From: an uncultured Clostridia bacterium
GTDB lineage: Bacteria > Bacillota > Clostridia > TANB77 > CAG-508
Length of the DNA stretch: 64,000 nucleotides
Assembly: GCA_934184665.1 (NCBI GenBank)
Contig: CAKPSX010000001.1
Location: forward strand, 1,688 to 65,687
Direction of reading: 5' to 3'
In this document: piece after piece, positions 59,077 through 64,000 of the stretch
Position numbering within the stretch: the first letter of the stretch is position 1
How the letters are laid out: every line of letters begins with the position of its first letter
Notes under the pieces: model-generated
Database searches by the model: none
Told to the model about the DNA's origin: nothing
Seen by the model: only the letters and a program-made list of their open reading frames with translations
Translations under genes and position numbers: made by a program

Positions 59077-59529
59077 ATGGCAAAAACTAAAAGACCAAAA
59101 CCACCTGTAAATTATAGCTTTGAAAGCACAAATAATAGATATGATTTTACTAAGATATGTAGAGATATGCAAAGATCAGAAGCATGGAAACAATTAAAAC
59201 CAAGGCAAATAGGACTATACTTTTTGCTTAAATCAAAATTTACTGTTAATTCTAAAACTCTTGAAAATAATGCAGAAAATATTTCATTTACTACAAGTGA
59301 AGCTAAAAGATACTATGGTGATTTAAGAACTTTTAGGGCAGATATGGATATCCTTATTAATTTAGGATTTATAAAACAAGTCATGAGTGGAGTGCCTAGA
59401 ATGGAAGCATCTATTTATGGCTTTTCTGATAGATGGAAAGATTATGGAACAGATAAATTTTATATCCCTGATAAAGATAAAAGATATAAAAAGAAATCTA
59501 AAGAAAAGCAATTAAATTTATTGAATTGA
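59077..59529 (+). CDS. hypothetical mobile-element protein (150 aa), possibly a replication or DNA-binding protein
   Basis: A basic N-terminus and a KPRQIGLYFLL segment are present. Its context is the integrase/xis module. Confidence 0.35.
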   Translation: MAKTKRPKPPVNYSFESTNNRYDFTKICRDMQRSEAWKQLKPRQIGLYFLLKSKFTVNSKTLENNAENISFTTSEAKRYYGDLRTFRADMDILINLGFIKQVMSGVPRMEASIYGFSDRWKDYGTDKFYIPDKDKRYKKKSKEKQLNLLN

Positions 59530-59870
59530 TGGTAATAATATAAATGATGTGTTGTTTCACACATATTAAAGGACAAAAATAAAAAAGAAGCTAAAAGTTA
59601 AAGAAAGTCCTAAAAACAGATAATTATAATAGAATTTGTGGTTGTGTGATTTAACACATATATATATATGAATTTAAGTTTTAATATATGTGATTTTACA
59701 TATATGATATGTGTAAATTAACATACGATAAAAAACATCCCCCGAGGGGTAACGATTTATAATTTGGATTTTTTCAAGACCCACAGCTCACCTACATTCA
59801 CACAAAATAAAATTTTTACGTGAGTTTTTTGGAAAAATTAAAATAATCTTAGAAAAAGGAGGAAAAGAAG

Positions 59871-60290
59871 ATGATTAAAACAAATCAAAAAAATAAAATA
59901 GAAAAAAGTTTAAATGAAAGAATAGAAGAAAATAAAATGTATTTTATAAAATTAGATAGAATGAATAACAAAAAATTTGAAGAAAGAAAAATCAGAAGAG
60001 AAAAGATTCAAAAAATGTGGAAACAACCTAAAGGCAATAAATATATAGAACTATATGAAGGATTATGTAGATATGCAATTAAGCATGGAAACAGTATTAA
60101 TTATAAAACAGAGAAATTCTTAAATGATTTTTACAAAGATAATAAAGAAACATTACAAGATATGAGAATCTGTGAAATAATAGAAGGATTAAAAATGTTA
60201 AATCTTATAGAATTAATTAATATTGATGATGATAGTATAAAAATAACTGATTATAAAGCCGTACTTCAAATAAAAGAAATGATAAGATGA
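59871..60290 (+). CDS. hypothetical protein (139 aa)
   Basis: An RBS (aaaggagg) is present. The protein is basic and I recognise no motif. A hairpin terminator follows at about 60296-60330. Confidence 0.4.
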   Translation: MIKTNQKNKIEKSLNERIEENKMYFIKLDRMNNKKFEERKIRREKIQKMWKQPKGNKYIELYEGLCRYAIKHGNSINYKTEKFLNDFYKDNKETLQDMRICEIIEGLKMLNLIELINIDDDSIKITDYKAVLQIKEMIR

Positions 60291-60465
60291 AAACAACAAA
60301 TTGCTAGTAGATAAACTACTGGCTTCTTTATTTATTTTATAAATATATTATATTTTATGATATATTATTATTTTTTTTGGATAAAATATATATATTTTAT
60401 TGTAAAATAATATATTATATGATATAAAATAATTATAAATATAATAATTATTATAGAGGTGAAAA

Positions 60466-60690
60466 ATGGAAAAGAAAGAAAAATCACAATCTATTAAAGA
60501 TGAAGTAAAAGGTTATATAACATTGAGTGGTTGGCAAATGGGAGAAGTCGCTGATAGATTGAGCGAAAGAAAAAGTAAAGTTGCATTACAAAATTTATCA
60601 AATAAACTTACTAAAGGAACAATAAAGTATTCGGAAGTTAAAAAGATAGCAGAAATAACAGGCTATGAGATTGAATGGAAGAAAAAATAG
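60466..60690 (+). CDS. small possible DNA-binding/controller protein upstream of mod (74 aa)
   Basis: An RBS (agaggtg) is present. A helix-rich segment reads GWQMGEVADRLSERKSKVALQNLSNKL. The gene ends 10 nt before the mod start. Confidence 0.35.
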   Translation: MEKKEKSQSIKDEVKGYITLSGWQMGEVADRLSERKSKVALQNLSNKLTKGTIKYSEVKKIAEITGYEIEWKKK

Positions 60691-60699
60691 GAGGAAGTT

Positions 60700-62664
60700 A
60701 TGATTAAAGATATTATTGAAAACAATGACAATGTAGATGTGAATAAAAGTAAAATAGAAAAATTAAAACAAGTAATACCAAACTGTTTTGATAAACATGG
60801 AAATTTAGATATTGAATTATTAAAAAAAGAGTTTAGTGATAGTTTAGATTTCACAAAAGAAAGTTTTGAACTTAATTTTTTAGGAAAATCATATGCTAAA
60901 ATGGTTGCTGGATTAGATACAGAAACAGTTATAGAACCTGATATAAAAAACAATTTAAAAGAAGAAAACAAAAACAGTAAAAATATTTATATAAGTGGTG
61001 ACAATTTAGATGCATTAAAACACTTATTAAAAGCATATGAAAGAAAGATAAAATGCATTTATATAGATCCTCCATATAATACAGGTAGTGATGGATTTGT
61101 TTATAATGATACATTTTGTTTTTCAAAAAAGAATTTAATGGAAAAATTAGATGTTAGTGAAGAAGAAGCTGAACGAATCATAAATTTGACATCTTCAAAC
61201 TCTTCTTCTCATAGTGCATGGTTGACATTTATCCTTCCAAGGATAATTTTAGGAAAAAATCTTTTAAAGGAAAACGGGGCTATATTTATTTCTATTGGTG
61301 AAGATGAGTTTTCTAATTTAAAATTACTTTGTGATAATGTATTTGGAGAAGAAAACTATTTAACAACTATTTCAAGACTTATGAAATCTGGTGGCAATAA
61401 AGGAGAATTTTTTTCGCCTAATATAGACTACGTTTTAGTATATGCAAAAAATAAATATGAATTAGAGCCTTTTAGAGAAGAACTAAGTGAAGATTTGGTT
61501 AATAACATATATAACAAAATAGACGATGATGGTAACAATTATAGAGAAATGGGATTATATCAAGCAGGCTTGGAAATAAGACCAAACCAAAGATATTATA
61601 TTCAATGCCCAGATGGATCTTATGTTATACCAAAAGGAAATACTTTTCCTGAAAGAATAGGACAATGCGAAAAAGTAATACCAGAAAGTGGAGATGGTGT
61701 ATGGAGATGGATACCAGAAAGATTTCTTGTTGAATTAGAGCAAGGTAATATAATTTTTAAAGAAACATCAACATCAGCTTTGGTTGACGAAAAAGGTAAT
61801 AAATCTAAATGGAACATTTATACAAAAATAATGTTAAATGATAGACAAGAAACTGGTAAAGTTCCCGTTAATTTTATTGGAGATTGTGAAAATAGAAAAA
61901 GTTCTGCAGAATTAAAAGAGTTAGATATTCCATTTGATTTTGCAAAACCAACAGATATGCTTACGAAATTAATTAATTTTATGAAATTTGAAGAAAATGA
62001 TATTATCTTAGATTATTTTTCTGGGTCTGCCAGCACAGCACATGCAATATTAAGGTTAAATAGTGATGAAAAATATGAAGGAAATACAAGACGATTTATT
62101 ATGGTTCAATTAAACGAAAAATGCAAAGAGAATAGTGAAGCATTTAAGAAGGGATACAATACTATAGATGAAATAGGGCAAGAAAGAATAAGAAGGGCAG
62201 CTAAACAAATAAAGGAAAATACAAATGCAGATATAGATTATGGATTCAAACACTATATATTGAAAGAAACACCAGATGATTTATTAAATAAATTAGAATT
62301 ATTTAAACCAGAGATTGTAAATGATAATTACAATATATATAAGGAATATGGAATAGATACTATTTTAGAAACATGGAAATTGAAAGATGGATATGAATTT
62401 ACAGCAAATATAGATATGATTGATTGTGGTGGCTATGAAGCATATAAATGCAAAGAATGTTTATACTTAATAAATCCTAATATAACTGTAAAAAATATAC
62501 AAGCACTATTAGATAAATATAATCAAGATGATACATTTGTATGTGATAAATTAGTGATATTTGGATATTCTTTTAGATTCGATGAAATAGAAATGATCAA
62601 AAACAATATAAAACAGGTAAAGAATTTTAAGAATATAGACGTTAAAGTATATACAAGATATTAG
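60700..62664 (+). CDS. mod: Type III restriction-modification system methyltransferase (Mod; beta-class N6-adenine MTase)
   Basis: Motif IV (IYIDPPYNTGSD) lies N-terminal to motif I (ILDYFSGSASTAHA), with a variable TRD between them. The protein is 654 aa and lies directly upstream of a helicase-like res gene. Confidence 0.85.
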   Translation: MIKDIIENNDNVDVNKSKIEKLKQVIPNCFDKHGNLDIELLKKEFSDSLDFTKESFELNFLGKSYAKMVAGLDTETVIEPDIKNNLKEENKNSKNIYISGDNLDALKHLLKAYERKIKCIYIDPPYNTGSDGFVYNDTFCFSKKNLMEKLDVSEEEAERIINLTSSNSSSHSAWLTFILPRIILGKNLLKENGAIFISIGEDEFSNLKLLCDNVFGEENYLTTISRLMKSGGNKGEFFSPNIDYVLVYAKNKYELEPFREELSEDLVNNIYNKIDDDGNNYREMGLYQAGLEIRPNQRYYIQCPDGSYVIPKGNTFPERIGQCEKVIPESGDGVWRWIPERFLVELEQGNIIFKETSTSALVDEKGNKSKWNIYTKIMLNDRQETGKVPVNFIGDCENRKSSAELKELDIPFDFAKPTDMLTKLINFMKFEENDIILDYFSGSASTAHAILRLNSDEKYEGNTRRFIMVQLNEKCKENSEAFKKGYNTIDEIGQERIRRAAKQIKENTNADIDYGFKHYILKETPDDLLNKLELFKPEIVNDNYNIYKEYGIDTILETWKLKDGYEFTANIDMIDCGGYEAYKCKECLYLINPNITVKNIQALLDKYNQDDTFVCDKLVIFGYSFRFDEIEMIKNNIKQVKNFKNIDVKVYTRY

Positions 62665-62674
62665 GAGGTAAAAT

Positions 62675-64000
62675 ATGAAACTTGAAAGAGGATTGAAACA
62701 TCAAAATGATGCGGTTAATTCTATTATAAGAGTATTTGAAGATGTAGAAATAGAAAAAACAGATAGCCTTACTGCCAATCCTTATATTGATTTAAACTCT
62801 GCCAATATTGTTAGTAATATTAAGAAAATACAGGAAAATAATAATGTTCCGAAAGAAATGAAGAAATATATTGGAATAACAGACAATTATTTGAATATCG
62901 ATATAAAAATGGAAACTGGAACAGGTAAAACATTTACTCAAATTAAAACAATTTATGAATTGAATGAGAAATATGGATTTAATAAATTTATTATTGTTGT
63001 ACCAACATTACCAATTAAAGCAGGAACACAACAATTTATCATTTCGAACGATACAAAGAAATTTTTTGAAGATGAATATAATCAAGTAGAAATAGAATTA
63101 AGATTGGTTGAAAGTTTGCAAAAGAAAAAAGGTAGAGATTATTTTCCAAGTGTAATCAGAGAATTTGTAACTGCTTCAAATTTAAATAGCAAAAAAATTC
63201 AAGTAATGTTAATTAATTCACAGTTAATTACAAATGGAAAAATGCTTACGAAAGAATACGATACAACAATATTGGATGATTTAACAAATCCGAGTGAAGC
63301 AATTAAAGCCACAAAACCGATATTAATTATTGATGAACCACATAAATTTGGAAAAGAAAATGTAACTTTTAAAAAAATAAAAGAAATATTAACACCTCAA
63401 TGTATAATAAGATTTGGAGCGACTTTCCCAAATAAAAACAGAAATGAAAAAGATTATCAAAATTTAATATATAATTTATCAAGCATAGATGCTTTTAATA
63501 ATAATTTAGTCAAAGGTGTAATTGCAGAGTATGTTCCAACATATTCTAATAATAATATTAGGATTAAATTACTTGATGTAAAGAACAAAGAAAAGTGCAT
63601 AATTCAAAGAATAGAAGAAAATGCCAAAAAGTCATTTGAGTTAAATAAAAATGATACTTTATCTATTGTTCATGAAGATTTTGATGGTGTAGAGATAATA
63701 GGCATTACTAAGAACTCTATATTATTATCTAATGGTATTGAAGTAGCTAAGGGAACAGAGCTTTCTCCAGAAAGTTATTCTATGTCATATCAGGATATGA
63801 TGATAGAAACTGCATTAGAAAGACACTTTGAAATTGAAAAAGAAAATTTTCAAAAAGGTATAAAAACGTTAGCTTTGTTTTTTATTGATGATATTTCAGC
63901 ATATAGAAAAATTGACAACAAGCCAACATATATATTAGATTCATTTGAAAGAATTTTAAAAGATAAAATGAGAATGAAAGTATTAGAGATTGAAGATGGA
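62675..64000 (+). CDS. res: Type III restriction enzyme Res subunit (SF2 helicase-nuclease), 3' end beyond the window
   Basis: An RBS (AGGAGG) is present. Walker A is METGTGKTFT and the DEAH box is ILIIDEPHKF. It is co-oriented with mod, 10 nt downstream. Confidence 0.8.
   Translation, partial: MKLERGLKHQNDAVNSIIRVFEDVEIEKTDSLTANPYIDLNSANIVSNIKKIQENNNVPKEMKKYIGITDNYLNIDIKMETGTGKTFTQIKTIYELNEKYGFNKFIIVVPTLPIKAGTQQFIISNDTKKFFEDEYNQVEIELRLVESLQKKKGRDYFPSVIREFVTASNLNSKKIQVMLINSQLITNGKMLTKEYDTTILDDLTNPSEAIKATKPILIIDEPHKFGKENVTFKKIKEILTPQCIIRFGATFPNKNRNEKDYQNLIYNLSSIDAFNNNLVKGVIAEYVPTYSNNNIRIKLLDVKNKEKCIIQRIEENAKKSFELNKNDTLSIVHEDFDGVEIIGITKNSILLSNGIEVAKGTELSPESYSMSYQDMMIETALERHFEIEKENFQKGIKTLALFFIDDISAYRKIDNKPTYILDSFERILKDKMRMKVLEIEDG

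Noticed and set aside
1-64000. Search for CRISPR arrays (regularly spaced direct repeats of 24-48 bp).
   Set aside because: I saw no repeat-spacer periodicity anywhere. The only repetitive DNA is the A/A' and B/B' paralogy and short A/T-rich intergenic repeats.

Overview
This is an AT-rich (roughly 27-30% GC by eye) segment that looks like a Clostridia-type Firmicute chromosome, with housekeeping genes interleaved with accessory islands. I cannot name the organism. From left to right the window contains the following.

- **1-11.4 kb:** a Gram-positive type IV secretion (conjugation-like) module. It has a VirB4-like ATPase, VirB2-like, VirB6-like and TcpE-like small membrane proteins, and a VirD4/TcpA-like coupling protein. 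Physically embedded in it are an orphan gyrA with no adjacent gyrB and a DnaD/DnaI-like replication-loader pair.
- **11.4-15.5 kb:** a small DUF1858-like gene, a tRNA cluster (Lys-UUU, Glu, Thr), an SDR/FabG-like reductase and a VanW/G5 protein.
- **15.9-35.3 kb:** the most striking locus. It is a tandemly duplicated two-gene module (A-B, A'-B') encoding four secreted giants of about 1470-1670 aa.
  - The A-type proteins carry DUF11/TIGR01451 repeats and an SdrD-B/CnaB domain.
  - The B-type proteins carry a conserved Cys-containing N-terminal domain, SpaA/CnaB isopeptide-type stalk domains, and a C-terminal ITPPTGL-hydrophobic-KRK sorting-like signal.
  - Central segments of A and A' are near-identical while the ends have diverged, which suggests gene conversion.
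- **35.4-48.9 kb:** a second tRNA-Lys (CUU), capA, an ABC-F ATPase, a GldA/F/G-like ABC system, YkvI-like, CvpA, LCP, DacB-like and comEA genes.
- **49.0-50.1 kb:** a sharply GC-rich (roughly 45-50%) single-gene island encoding a formylglycine-generating-enzyme (FGE/SUMF1)-like protein. It is followed by initiator tRNA-fMet and then a 5'-truncated FtsX-type permease remnant that marks a rearrangement breakpoint.
- **52.8-64 kb:** a mobile or defence island. It holds decayed ORF fragments, four co-oriented ORFan genes (two with N-terminal TM helices) that are candidates for an undescribed defence/Abi-like system, a tyrosine integrase with XRE and Xis partners, and a complete Type III restriction-modification system (mod plus partial res).

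Functional assignments are made by eye from motifs without database searches. No CRISPR array was seen.
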